The notes under the pieces: generated by a model
What the model was told of the DNA's origin: nothing
The model's input: only the letters and a program-made list of their open reading frames with translations
Database searches by the model: none
Program-made: the position numbers and the translations under genes
Shown: positions 20,804 through 31,320 of the stretch, piece by piece
Position numbering within the stretch: the stretch's first letter is position 1
Layout: each line of letters begins with the position of its first letter
Assembly (NCBI GenBank): GCA_037305845.1
Contig: CP147778.1
Coordinates: forward strand, 3,360,001-3,424,000
Direction of reading: 5' to 3'
DNA length: 64,000 bases
Source: Candidatus Freyarchaeum deiterrae
Lineage (GTDB): Archaea; Asgardarchaeota; Jordiarchaeia; Jordiarchaeales; Jordiarchaeaceae

Positions 20804-21757
20804 TTGTTGATAATACAAACCCCTTGGGCTACGTTCACAGATAATCCCTGGGACTGGCTATATTTCGTTTTAACCAACCGCGGCTTATGGATTTGGATAG
20901 CGCTTGTTGTGGTTCTAGTTTTTGCAGAGCGAATAATCACTTGGTCGGCAAGGCGGGCGGTCAAACAGGTGAACTTACCAAAGACGGCTGCAAACAGCCT
21001 GTTAGTGGTGGTCAGGCTAATTATAGTTCTTTCAATTGTCGTGACGGCTTTGCCTTTGTTAGGCGTTATAATTCCTGCCGAGGTAGCCACGGCGCTTGCT
21101 GCTTCAGTGTCTACGGCTATTGCTCTCTTCGCATCCTTTTCACTCTCCAACGTTATTGCAGGAATATACATTTTCTTCACCAGACCATTTGCGGTAGGAG
21201 ATTATGTGACCATAGGACTATACGAAGGAATAATTGAAGAGATATCGATTAACTATACCACACTGTTCTCACCCAGCAAAATGTTTGTAACCCTGCCAAA
21301 CCAAACAGTAATCAACAGTTCAATAATAAACTATAGACTGAAAGAACGCGTGCACGAAGGAGAATACTTAAAGTCGATCAAGCAAGAAGCTTTAGAAAAA
21401 GAAAAAGCAGCTCGAAAAAAAGAAAAAAGCACTATAAAGAAGGGATTTTTAAGAAGGCATGAAGTGGAAACAATTGCTACGATTTTCAAAGAGATGAAAA
21501 TCTACGGTTACAACTTGGACATTGGAGTAAGAACCGATGATTACATCAGTGGAAAAATTGAAGCGAATTTCAACAGAGTCATTAAGAAATGGAAACCAGA
21601 GTTCGGATACACACCAAGCTTTCTGGTCTGGAAAGTAGACGCCGGCTCAATAATTTTCCGCTTCATAATAACTGTAGACGACCCAACCAAAATAATAGAT
21701 AACCGTGACGAGTTAATAAAAGACCTTTTGGAAGCCGTTACTCCCAAAAAAAGCTAA
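20804..21757 (+). CDS. mscS: Small-conductance mechanosensitive channel
   Basis: LSNVIAGIYIFFTRPFAVGDYV...EGIIEEISINYT...PN. Confidence 0.9.
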   Translation: MLIIQTPWATFTDNPWDWLYFVLTNRGLWIWIALVVVLVFAERIITWSARRAVKQVNLPKTAANSLLVVVRLIIVLSIVVTALPLLGVIIPAEVATALAASVSTAIALFASFSLSNVIAGIYIFFTRPFAVGDYVTIGLYEGIIEEISINYTTLFSPSKMFVTLPNQTVINSSIINYRLKERVHEGEYLKSIKQEALEKEKAARKKEKSTIKKGFLRRHEVETIATIFKEMKIYGYNLDIGVRTDDYISGKIEANFNRVIKKWKPEFGYTPSFLVWKVDAGSIIFRFIITVDDPTKIIDNRDELIKDLLEAVTPKKS

Positions 21758-22007
21758 AGTAACTCTCTGAATCATCTCATCAAAAAACATGTGAACGTGT
21801 AAATAGAAAGTCCTATCACAAATCTGTTTCCAATCTACATTCCCTTTTTCTCTTATAATATTTTTTAAAAAAACTTGATTTTTGAAAGGTAATTTCAAAA
21901 AGACAAAGAAATCAATCTACAATCAATTTTTGGAAATGTAACCGTTTTATTTTGCAAATCTTTTTCTTATTTTATTGGCCAAGGTATTTTCTGCTCACCT
22001 ATTCTGT

Positions 22008-22919
22008 TCATGAATTTTTCACTTCTTCAAGTCTTTTTTCGACATAGTCCACTATCGGACTTAATTTTTGACTGAGGCTGTCTGTATCCTTTTTTTCTTC
22101 TGAAACCAGAGAAGGCACTTGAATAGTTTTGATATCCTTAGCGTATTCCAGTACGTTTTCAGCTCTTAAACCCAGAGGATCTCTCCCCGAGTCTTTCATA
22201 AATTTAATAATTTGGGCGAACCTCTCAGGATCATAGAAGATAACAAGACCGGGAGCAACACCAATAACCAAATCGTAAATGAGGTCGGGGTTAGGGCAAA
22301 CCGCATCATTGTATCCCTCGATTAGCACATTTCTATGTTCTTCGCAGACTTTTTTGTAACAGCTCGGTATAGCCTGGGATGAGAGTTCCTCGTATACTTG
22401 GTTCCATTTTTCCACAGAACCGATTTGAATCGCTTCAGAGGCTTTGCTTATAACATCCTTCACGAAAGTTTCCTCTTGAAACAGCACATCTTTGGCACTG
22501 GCTGAATTTATGCAGATAATATTATTGATAATACCCGAATTGTAAATGGTGTATCTTTCCAGTACCAGATGTGAGAAGGATTGATACTCATCAATATAAA
22601 ACTGGTTCCATTCCTTTCCAAGTAGGTAGCCTTCTACTCTAAGAGGACTCATAAGAGCATCAACCGGGTTCGTTAAAACGTAGGGCAGGGTATCCCCACC
22701 TCGAGCCTCCCTGAGCTCAATAATGTCCTGACAGAATAATTGCCCCTCCTCCCTGCAATTCCGAAACGCGTCATACTGATACCAGTAGTTGTGACCGGAA
22801 CGGGGCTTAAAAACACCTACATCCATGCCCCTGTTAATCAAGCCCCGCACAATAGCCCTACTAACGAGCGTTTTTCCCGGAGAATCGGGCAACAGACCAA
22901 ACACAAAAACAGAGGCCAA
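22008..22919 (-). CDS. Predicted archaeal P-loop ATPase (BioD-like fold)
   Basis: GLLPDSPGKT, FKPRSGHNYWYQYD, NPVD and IEGYND. Confidence 0.75.
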   Translation of the reverse strand: MASVFVFGLLPDSPGKTLVSRAIVRGLINRGMDVGVFKPRSGHNYWYQYDAFRNCREEGQLFCQDIIELREARGGDTLPYVLTNPVDALMSPLRVEGYLLGKEWNQFYIDEYQSFSHLVLERYTIYNSGIINNIICINSASAKDVLFQEETFVKDVISKASEAIQIGSVEKWNQVYEELSSQAIPSCYKKVCEEHRNVLIEGYNDAVCPNPDLIYDLVIGVAPGLVIFYDPERFAQIIKFMKDSGRDPLGLRAENVLEYAKDIKTIQVPSLVSEEKKDTDSLSQKLSPIVDYVEKRLEEVKNS

Positions 22920-23197
22920 GAAATCACCCTCAACCAGAAACTAATAGTGCAATCTCTTTTTAAAAAAAACCTAGCGAAATTATTAATTTTTTCCTCATTA
23001 AAATCTGAGTGATGTAGGGGACCCAAATAAAACCTCCCAATGCAGGTACGTTAAAAAATATTTCAAATTTAAAAAAAGGCTTGGGCAAGTATATTTTCCA
23101 ATGCGAGAACTACCATTTTACTGTTATGAGAAAATCCTAAAAAAATATGAAGCCAGAGAGAAATTATTCTAGAAGCTAGTCTTATTCTCTACTTTTG

Positions 23198-23464
23198 TTA
23201 CTTTTTACTGGCGGGCTTTATTTTTCCGAATTTTTTTTCGAATTTTTTCAAGCTTTCCTCGAAATTTTTAAAGAAAGCTTTTGCATCTGCAGGATTCATG
23301 ACCAAAGCTGCTACAACGCGTGCTGTTTCCTCATCTCCGGCTCGAAGGGCGAAATCGAAGTTTACAGTAAAGTTAGAAAACGCAATTGCGACAACATTCG
23401 AGAACAGACCCAATTTTTGATTATCACTTTCGTAAACAAACTTGGGTACACTTTTAGAATCCAT
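23198..23464 (-). CDS. DUF3467-like small protein
   Basis: GLFSN...F..DF...VMNPADAK.F...E++FG pattern. Confidence 0.6.
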   Translation of the reverse strand: MDSKSVPKFVYESDNQKLGLFSNVVAIAFSNFTVNFDFALRAGDEETARVVAALVMNPADAKAFFKNFEESLKKFEKKFGKIKPASKK

Positions 23465-23716
23465 CAGGATCACCTTCCATCAACAACGATGACCAATTTT
23501 CAATCTTTTTAAAATCGCAGAGTTTGATAATAAAATAATTTAATTTATTTTTTTAGAGGTGTTAACTGCTATGCTTTCCCTTAAGATACTCACCTTAAGA
23601 TATATTAATGCTGTTAAAAGATTATATATTTTTCCAAACGAAAAGACACTTCAGAATCCCCAAAATTTCTCGAAAAATGAAAAATAGAAAGTTTGTTAGT
23701 CTCGTTTAGGAGGGTA

Positions 23717-24181
23717 CTATTTTTCTTGGATTACCAATTTGAGGTAACAAACTTTGTCCTTGTTTTCTACTTTAATATCTAAAACATCTCCTAAATCGAT
23801 GCTAATGAGAGCCGTCGTAAAAATGCTGACGCCGCATAAAGCGCAGGCCCCGTATCCCTGGGATTTTCCGAAGTTAGCTAGGTCGAGCCACATACAGTCA
23901 GGCACCTTCATGCTGAGAACACCTTTCGAGTAATCGATTTCGAAATTTTCTATGTCTACAATATTGAGGTTTTTCATAGCCGCTTTGTAACCTATTATAA
24001 ACTTGTCCATGGTTTTTGCATGTTCGTCTCCTGCAAATTGTTTGGAAATGCCGTTAACCATTGGAGTCAATACTCTGGCTGTCTGGCGTCCAATCAGTGT
24101 GGGCTTTATTCCTATCTTATCCAAGGCACTCAGCACCGATCCGTAGAGTAGAACATTTGCTATGGGGTTCCATCTTGCCAT
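23717..24181 (-). CDS. V4R-like family B paralog 4
   Basis: MARWNP...IGRQTARVL...PDCMWLD...CALCG...C. Confidence 0.65.
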   Translation of the reverse strand: MARWNPIANVLLYGSVLSALDKIGIKPTLIGRQTARVLTPMVNGISKQFAGDEHAKTMDKFIIGYKAAMKNLNIVDIENFEIDYSKGVLSMKVPDCMWLDLANFGKSQGYGACALCGVSIFTTALISIDLGDVLDIKVENKDKVCYLKLVIQEK

Positions 24182-24205
24182 GCATATTCGCCTCTTCATT
24201 TAATG

Positions 24206-24227
24206 GTTCCAGCCTAAAAGCTGGAAC
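24206..24227. promoter_or_regulatory. Inverted repeat upstream of family B genes
   Basis: GTTCCAGC-ctaaaa-GCTGGAAC; near-identical copy at about 26586 and a variant at about 24897. Confidence 0.5.
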
Positions 24228-24400
24228 AAATACATTACATTACGTTAGTTATCTTCTTGATATTTATTTGATTATATTCTGTATTAATACAACACAATAG
24301 AGATTATAAACTTTTTTATAGAATTCTTTATTGTATCGTATATAATAATATTTAATCTGATATACTTTATAAAAAAAATAGCAATTTTTTGGGGTGTATA

Positions 24401-24871
24401 TTATTGTTCAGAAATCGCCAATTTAAGGTTACAAACCTTTTCCTTGTTTTCTACCTTGATGTCTGAAACTTCACCTAAATCCAGGGTGCTAATGAGAGCC
24501 GTTGTAAAAATACCGGCGCCACAAAACGCGCAAGTCTTGTACCCCTGAGATTTTCCGAAGTTAAGCATGTCGAGCCACATACAGTCAGTTACCTTCATGC
24601 TAAGAACACCTTTCGAGTAATTCATTTCAAAACTTTCTCTATCAAAAACATTGAGGTGCTTTAAAGCCGTTTTGAAATCTATTATAAACTGGTCCATGGT
24701 TTTTGCAGGTTGCTCTGCTTCTGCATATTTTTGGGCAATATCTTTAATCATCGGAGCCAATACTCTGGCTGTCTGGCGTCCGATCAGTGTGGGCTTTATT
24801 CCTATCTTATCCAAGGCACTCAGTAACGATCCACAAAGTAAGACATTGGCTATAGGATCCCATCTTGACAT
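24401..24871 (-). CDS. V4R-like family B paralog 3
   Basis: Same motifs as 23717. Confidence 0.65.
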   Translation of the reverse strand: MSRWDPIANVLLCGSLLSALDKIGIKPTLIGRQTARVLAPMIKDIAQKYAEAEQPAKTMDQFIIDFKTALKHLNVFDRESFEMNYSKGVLSMKVTDCMWLDMLNFGKSQGYKTCAFCGAGIFTTALISTLDLGEVSDIKVENKEKVCNLKLAISEQ

Positions 24872-25225
24872 GACTATTTCACCTCTTCATTTTATGGTTC
24901 TTTTGTCTAAAAATTAGAACAAATATACAGTCTTTCAACTCAGTTCGTGAGGCTTGAAAATTTCACGTTTTCGCTTTCCCTTTAGAACCTCACATTAAAT
25001 CAATTTATAAAGATGAATCACGAGATATAATTCTTTCTATCTTGGAAATGTTAAATTTGTTCCGTTGCTACTTGTTTCTCACTGATTTTTTCTTTTGCGT
25101 GGGGAAAAGCGGCCTTTTCCGCTACTTTTTAGTAACGCCAAAAACGGAAATCAGCTTAATTTAACATTGTCGAGTTAATTTTTAGAAAAAAATAGGAAGT
25201 TTATTAGTTTTCTTTCAGAAGGGCA

Positions 25226-25693
25226 CTATTTTTCTTGGATTACCAATTTGAGGAAGCAAACTCTTTCATTATTATCTACTTGAATGTCTAAAACATCGCC
25301 TAAATTCTCAGTGCTAATGAATGCTGTTAAGAAAACACTAACGCCGCATAGTGCGCAGGCACTGTATCCCTGGGATTTTCCGTGGTTAGCTAGGTCGAGC
25401 CACATACAGTCAGGTACCTTAACACTGAGAACGCCGTTCGAGTAATCAGTCTCAAAATTTTCTTGGTCCCAAATATTAAATTTTTTCATAGCCGTTTTTG
25501 AATCTTTTAAAAACTGTTCCATGGTTTTTACAGAGCCTGCTTTTGCATATTTTTGTGAAAAATTTTTGAACATGGGAGCTAATACTCTTGCTATCTGGCG
25601 TCCTATTAAAGCGGGCTTTACTCCCACCTCATCCAAGACATGCAGTAACGAACCGTAAACTAGAACATTAGCCATAGGGTCCCATCTTGACAT
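25226..25693 (-). CDS. V4R-like family B paralog 2
   Basis: Same motifs as 23717. Confidence 0.65.
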   Translation of the reverse strand: MSRWDPMANVLVYGSLLHVLDEVGVKPALIGRQIARVLAPMFKNFSQKYAKAGSVKTMEQFLKDSKTAMKKFNIWDQENFETDYSNGVLSVKVPDCMWLDLANHGKSQGYSACALCGVSVFLTAFISTENLGDVLDIQVDNNERVCFLKLVIQEK

Positions 25694-26093
25694 GATTATT
25701 CACCTCTCAATTAAATGGTTACCGTCTAAATAAAAAAATAATAAAGCCTTTCGACTTGTTCATAATCCTTGGAAATTTCTCTCTCCCTTTCCCTTTTTCA
25801 ATAATCGCTATAATAAAATTGTTTATACTTTTTATATATATTTTTTCTGTTCTTGAAAAATCAAAAAAAACAAAAGCACTTTTCATATGAAAATAATTCG
25901 AGTGAAAAAACGAATAATTTGCAAACTTTAGTGCTAAGTAATAATGTGAATGCCAGTGTGATTTAATCTCCAATTTGTCGTTAAATTATGAAAGATTTGT
26001 TAGAATTTCAACTTACAGTTTTAAGAGAAATCCAAAGAATTAGGGAAAAATAATAAAAATAAGAAGTTTTAATTTATTTTTTTCAGATTTGCT

Positions 26094-26561
26094 TTACTTT
26101 TCTTGGATTGCAAATTTGAGGTAACAGATCTTTTCCTTGTTTTCTACTTTGATATCTAAAACCTCACCTATATCCATTGTGCTAATCATAGCCGCTGCAA
26201 AAATACTGTGACTACATAACGCGCAAGTCTTGTACCCCTGGGATTTTCCGAAGTTAAGTATGTCGAGCCACATACAGTCAGGTACCTTAACGCTGAGCAC
26301 ATCTTTCGAGTAATCAACTTCAAAACTTTCCCTGTCTAAAAGATTGAGGTTTTTCATAGCCGCTTTGTAATCAATTATAAACTGGTCCATTGTTTTTGCA
26401 GACTCGTTTCCTGAAAATTTTTGGTAAATGTCTTTAAGTGTCGGAGCCAATACTCTGGCTGTTTGGCGTCCGATCAATGTGGGCTTTATTCCTATCTTAT
26501 CCAAGGCATTCAGTAACGATCCATAAACTAGAAAATTGCCTACAGGATCCCATCTTGACAA
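26094..26561 (-). CDS. V4R-like family B paralog 1
   Basis: Same motifs as 23717; TTG start. Confidence 0.65.
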   Translation of the reverse strand: MSRWDPVGNFLVYGSLLNALDKIGIKPTLIGRQTARVLAPTLKDIYQKFSGNESAKTMDQFIIDYKAAMKNLNLLDRESFEVDYSKDVLSVKVPDCMWLDILNFGKSQGYKTCALCSHSIFAAAMISTMDIGEVLDIKVENKEKICYLKFAIQEK

Positions 26562-27015
26562 GCATATTCACCTCTTCATTTAATGGTTCCAGCCTAAAAG
26601 CTGAAACAAATAATACAGTAATTTCTACTTGGTTATGAGATTCGTAAATTTTACGCTTTCCCTTTCAGGTGCTTATAACAATATATAATAAAGTTATATA
26701 ACAGGTTTATATATTTTTCTGCTTTATTCTCAAAAAATAATGATTACTCCTTTGTTTAGAATACTAAACAAAAGTTGAAAGCAAAAATAATACAAAAATC
26801 ATATCTTCGAAAGCGTCAAAAGGCAGATGCCTGAACCGTGACCCTCTCAATTAGGAACACTTGAAAGACAGAAAAATAAGGCCCAGAGCTTGGAAATAAA
26901 AAACAACAAAAAATTCAGTAAACCAAATGAAGAGATAAACCTTCAAGGAAACCAATTCGTTAAACTTGAATGCTTTGAAATCAGAAAACTATCACCTTAT
27001 CCGCTACAATCGGCG

Positions 27016-27657
27016 CTAGACTTTAAAGGCAGAGGGACATAACTTGTTCACTACACATTCTCCGCATTTCGCTTTTTTAGCAGTGCATATCCTCCTACCG
27101 TGGGTAACTAAGAGGTTGGTCAATTCGAACCAATCGCCCTTTGGAAACAAGTTCATCAAATCTATCTCAATCTTGTCTCTGTTTTTTTCCTCCTTAGTAA
27201 ATCCCAGTCGCTGGGCCAGTCTCATAACGTGCGTATCGACAGCAATTCCCTCATTAACGCCGTAAGCGTTTGAAAGCACTAGATTAGCTGTTTTTCTAGC
27301 AACGCCGGGAAGCCTAACCATTTCCTCCATGGTCTTAGGAACCTGCGAGTTAAACTCCTCCACAAGCATCCTGGAAGCGCTTTTTATAGACTTCGACTTA
27401 TTCCTGTAAAATCCGGTGGATTTAACCTCCTGCTCCAGTTCCTCAAGATCCGCATTGGCGTAATCTCCCGCAGTTTTATATTTTTTAAAAAGATGTTCGG
27501 TTACCTGATTAACTTTTTCATCGGTGCACTGTGCAGCGAGTATGGTTGCCACGAGCAGGTCTAGCGGGGTCTTAAAATTGAGCGCGGTGCCCCCCACGTT
27601 TGTGTACTCCTTTCTCAGGAGTTCAAATACTTTTAACGCCCTTTCCTTATCACTCAT
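27016..27657 (-). CDS. nth: Endonuclease III
   Basis: ILAAQCTD, Hh[16 protein letters not shown] and CxxxxxxCxxCxxxxxC Fe-S motif. Confidence 0.95.
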   Translation of the reverse strand: MSDKERALKVFELLRKEYTNVGGTALNFKTPLDLLVATILAAQCTDEKVNQVTEHLFKKYKTAGDYANADLEELEQEVKSTGFYRNKSKSIKSASRMLVEEFNSQVPKTMEEMVRLPGVARKTANLVLSNAYGVNEGIAVDTHVMRLAQRLGFTKEEKNRDKIEIDLMNLFPKGDWFELTNLLVTHGRRICTAKKAKCGECVVNKLCPSAFKV

Positions 27658-28102
27658 TTTTGTCGCACCTGAAGAATAGCCATCCGTTTTCAACTTTATT
27701 GAATCGTATTAGGCAGTAGCGTCCATTCAGGAGTTTGCCCTTCAATTGAACGATTATGTCCTTTTCAGACCACTTTTCCTCATCATACGTGCCCTGATCC
27801 CATATCTCCACTTTGCCCGCACCGTACTCTCCCTCCGCTATCTCTCCCTCAAAATTCGCATAGTCAATCGGGTGATCCTCAGTACTTATAACAAGCCTTC
27901 TGACCCCCTTCTTGGTTGGGGGCTCTTTGGGAACCGCCCAGCTCTTAAGAACACCCTCCCTTTCCAGTCTCAGATCCCAGTGGAGGTGACTCGCAAAATG
28001 CTTCTGTATAACGTAAATCTTACCGTTACCCTTTTTCACTTCTCCCGGGGGTTCCTTGGTTTTGCTGAAATCCCTCTTCTTCTTATACTCCTCCAGACTC
28101 AT
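27650..28102 (-). CDS. Stand-alone LigD-type 3'-phosphoesterase (PE) domain
   Basis: [52 protein letters not shown]. Confidence 0.9.
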   Translation of the reverse strand: MSLEEYKKKRDFSKTKEPPGEVKKGNGKIYVIQKHFASHLHWDLRLEREGVLKSWAVPKEPPTKKGVRRLVISTEDHPIDYANFEGEIAEGEYGAGKVEIWDQGTYDEEKWSEKDIIVQLKGKLLNGRYCLIRFNKVENGWLFFRCDKNE

Positions 28103-28213
28103 AATTATGAAAATCCAGAAGTTCCCTTATAAAACTTGTTGAAAACTGAACCAAATTGCGGGAAAATTTAAGTCTTATGCGATACGACAATCTTACAGCT
28201 AAAATCATGAGTA

Positions 28214-28588
28214 ATGGGTTTGTGGAGAGTGATAATATTGCCAGAAAAAGAAAATAAAAAAAGTCAGACCAAAGACGTGGATAAAAGTGTGGAGCTTCTC
28301 AAAATTCAAGTCTGCTCAGACCGTATCCACGTAAGATTGTCTTATTTGACAACTATTAGTTGGGCCATTTGGATTGGTTTTGCGGTGCTTTTCTACACGT
28401 TATATTCTCAAAATGTGCTTCCACTAGTAGCGATAGGCCTCGGTGTGCTAACACTTACCCTGGGCACAATTTATCAGGTTTTTCATTATCGTAGGAGCTA
28501 CCAAAAAGAACTGGTAAGGATTTCGGAATTGATAGAAAAAGTTAAGCAGGGAAATGAATTGCCCAGACTGGAGGAGCTAATGAAATAG
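28214..28588 (+). CDS. Two-TM hypothetical membrane protein
   Basis: ORF with two hydrophobic segments. Confidence 0.6.
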   Translation: MGLWRVIILPEKENKKSQTKDVDKSVELLKIQVCSDRIHVRLSYLTTISWAIWIGFAVLFYTLYSQNVLPLVAIGLGVLTLTLGTIYQVFHYRRSYQKELVRISELIEKVKQGNELPRLEELMK

Positions 28589-28735
28589 AGAAAAGAGGGT
28601 AGAAGAGAAAAACTAGCTGCTTAGAGTTAGTTTACGTCATTTAGCGAAAGCCACAACAGAGCCGCTAAAAATATTTATATCCAATTTGGGGGAAAAATAA
28701 GAAAAAAGTCCTATTATAATTAAGTTGGTGAAAAA

Positions 28736-29098
28736 ATGGCTAGAGCTGGCGTAGTAGTTAGTGGTGTAATTGCAATTTTTGGTGTAGCTTTTGGGGCCCT
28801 TTACGGATTGGATAAGATGTCTGGAGCCCTGACAGGATTAACTCTTAGTAATTTACTTAGTAATTTATTTAACCCGCAGACATTTGTGGGGTTAGTCATT
28901 TTGGCAGCTTCGGCGGTTGCACTTGTCTGCAGCATATTATTAATAGTAGACAGATTGGCCGTAGTGGCCGCGTTAATTGTACTCATCTGGGGTATCCTGC
29001 TGCTCTTTATCTTCGGTGGCTCCCCATTTGCAGTTATTGGAGGAATCCTTTTAGTTATCGGTGGATTCATCGGACTAATCACCTCGATTGCAAGCTAA
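28736..29098 (+). CDS. Four-TM hypothetical membrane protein
   Basis: Almost entirely hydrophobic ORF; GGTGA SD. Confidence 0.7.
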   Translation: MARAGVVVSGVIAIFGVAFGALYGLDKMSGALTGLTLSNLLSNLFNPQTFVGLVILAASAVALVCSILLIVDRLAVVAALIVLIWGILLLFIFGGSPFAVIGGILLVIGGFIGLITSIAS

Positions 29099-29246
29099 AA
29101 AAAGTTATTTTTTCATTCATCTCTATTCTTTTTTAGATAGTTAAGAACTTTTAAGTCCAAGTAAGTAAAAGCATTCAAACAATTTTAAAGGATTGAGTTG
29201 AGTATTATTTTTAATACTGGTTGACTAATTATTTATTGGAAGTGGG

Positions 29247-29792
29247 ATGGAGTTGAGCTCGGATGAAGAGTTTCTTAAAAGGTTTGAAACAGTGTACAAG
29301 TTGAATGACGGGCGTGAAGTGTTATTCCGTCCTTTGAAGCCCAAAGAAGATGTGGATATGCTGTACCAGTTTTACAGTACCCTTTCGAAGGAGAAAAACT
29401 ATTTCCGGTTTTTGAGTTATCGCAGGGTCACTCGATGGATTGTGGAGGAGTGGTCCAACGTAAATTACGATATAAGTATGATTCTGGTGGCGGTGGTGAA
29501 TGAGGGGGGAGCGAGTAGGATTGTTGCTGATTCCCGGTACTATCTGGACAAGAGCACCGGGGCGGCTGAGATCGCCATTGTGGTTTACAACGATTGGCAG
29601 CACAAGGGCATAGGGACTAATTTACTCTTGCACATGATAAAAGTGGCAAAGGAAATGGGTGTAAAAAAACTGTACGCTTATGTATCCTCAGAGAATAGAA
29701 AAATAGCCAGCATAGGGATAAAAATCGGCTTCACCGTGAAATGGTACCCAGACGTGGGTGAATATGGAGGAGAACTGATTCTGAACGAGTGA
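29247..29792 (+). CDS. GNAT acetyltransferase (Pat-type stand-alone domain)
   Basis: DGREVLFRPL, YFRF, AEIAIVV..DWQHKGIGT, EN motifs. Confidence 0.9.
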   Translation: MELSSDEEFLKRFETVYKLNDGREVLFRPLKPKEDVDMLYQFYSTLSKEKNYFRFLSYRRVTRWIVEEWSNVNYDISMILVAVVNEGGASRIVADSRYYLDKSTGAAEIAIVVYNDWQHKGIGTNLLLHMIKVAKEMGVKKLYAYVSSENRKIASIGIKIGFTVKWYPDVGEYGGELILNE

Positions 29793-29866
29793 ATCATGAA
29801 GAGGTTTCGAATCGCAAAAAACTGGGGAATAATGAAAGTTTCATTTTAAATATTGTCATCTACTTT

Positions 29867-30184
29867 TTAAAATGCAACCCATTCAACTTTACATTTTTCC
29901 CTTAGGCTTCTATCAACAATACTTTTTATCTGTGAGTACATTTCGTTTGTTTCATTACGGATTCTGTAATAATCATCTTGAGTTATGAGATGTAGACTGA
30001 GGCAGTCGATGTTTAGACTCCTTATTTTACTGCTTAAATCATGGAAGCATTCTATGCTCTGCAATAAATTGTCCAATTCGCACTGATTAGTTAAACTTTC
30101 AATTTTTGAAACCAATGCTTTTCTATCATCAATGTACTTAAAGAGTTCAGATTTATCAATCACAGAGATCACTTCCATATTCAA
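29867..30184 (-). CDS. Hypothetical helical protein
   Basis: ORF only. Confidence 0.5.
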   Translation of the reverse strand: MNMEVISVIDKSELFKYIDDRKALVSKIESLTNQCELDNLLQSIECFHDLSSKIRSLNIDCLSLHLITQDDYYRIRNETNEMYSQIKSIVDRSLREKCKVEWVAF

Positions 30185-30289
30185 GCCTTTACCATAATTC
30201 TCTTAGGTTAAGGAGGGGGAATGGAAATTTTGAGCCTTTTAAACATCTATTTTATTTTTGGGTGAGAAACTATTCAAGTTACTTCTTGC

Positions 30290-31054
30290 TTATAAAGCTG
30301 ACGCATTGCCAATTTTTTCCTTTTTTGACACAAAAAACCATCTTTTAGAATCCTTCACTATTTCATTGAACTTGAAATCTGAAAATTTTACAAGTATTCC
30401 AAATTGCACTTTTTTCAATAACTTCTCAATTGCGGCTAACGTATACCCTCTTTCAACATGCTTCTCGTAAAACCTCTGATACAGTCCATCCTCCTTCCTT
30501 TCAAACAAAATCAGCTCACCAATCCAAGTGTTTCGATGGTGCGAATTTAACCATATCAGCTCAGTATCCCCAATCCTATGGTAATCGTTCTTGTATGTGG
30601 GAAGAACCTCATTTATTTTGTAGTCTGAATTCATATCAAAAATGAACAAACCATCCCGATTGAGATGCCTACTCACGGATTTGAAACATTTTTGTAAATC
30701 GGATTGTTTAAGAACGTAGTTCAGCGAATCGAAAACACAAATTACTAGGTCATACTTCTTTCCGAGTTCAAAACTAATCATATTCCCATGATGAACTTTC
30801 AAACCCCTGCCCCTAGCAATATTTAACATGCTCTGAGATGAATCTAAACCCTCAACCTCATAACCAGCATCAAGAAAAAGCTTAGTTAATCTCCCCGTTC
30901 CACAAGCAAGATCCAAAATACTTTTCGGTTTGAACCTTAATTTTTTAAGAACCTTAATAATGAATCTATAGTAATCCTTGTGAAACTCGCCAGGTACAAA
31001 TGAATCAAAAACTTCGGCAAATTTTTCGTAAGGATTCTTAGCTACCACAATCAT
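30290..31054 (-). CDS. Class I SAM-dependent methyltransferase
   Basis: ILDLACGTG, GLDSS..ML, FDSLNY, GLFIFD, EKHVERGY. Confidence 0.9.
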   Translation of the reverse strand: MIVVAKNPYEKFAEVFDSFVPGEFHKDYYRFIIKVLKKLRFKPKSILDLACGTGRLTKLFLDAGYEVEGLDSSQSMLNIARGRGLKVHHGNMISFELGKKYDLVICVFDSLNYVLKQSDLQKCFKSVSRHLNRDGLFIFDMNSDYKINEVLPTYKNDYHRIGDTELIWLNSHHRNTWIGELILFERKEDGLYQRFYEKHVERGYTLAAIEKLLKKVQFGILVKFSDFKFNEIVKDSKRWFFVSKKEKIGNASAL

Positions 31055-31124
31055 AACCTAGTAAAACTATGTTTATTAAACCTCCTAAAATTAGACAAGC
31101 CCAGCAAATAAGAACTAAAATTAA

Positions 31125-31218
31125 CCCTCCCCATCCCCTTTGCATCTCCTGCCCCCTCCCCCTCCCCTTGCATTTCCATTCCTACCCTCTACCCCTATGA
31201 TTTTTTTAGGAGGGGAGT
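31125..31218 (+). repeat. C-rich dispersed repeat, copy A
   Basis: CTCCCCTTGCATTTCCATTCCTACCCTCTACCC...TTTTAGGAGGGGAGT, shared with copies at 33508, 38224 and 41492. Confidence 0.85.
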
Positions 31219-31320
31219 ATAATCTCGTAACCTGCATCAATAAAATGTTGCTTTTGCTCTCGGCTATTTTTACGACCTATGGTTCAATAAAATAAAAATT
31301 ACTGTATAATTAAATAATTG

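Noticed and set aside
26780-27010. Possible decayed ORFs here and at 61570-61830
   Set aside because: Multiple stops and no recognisable homology by eye.
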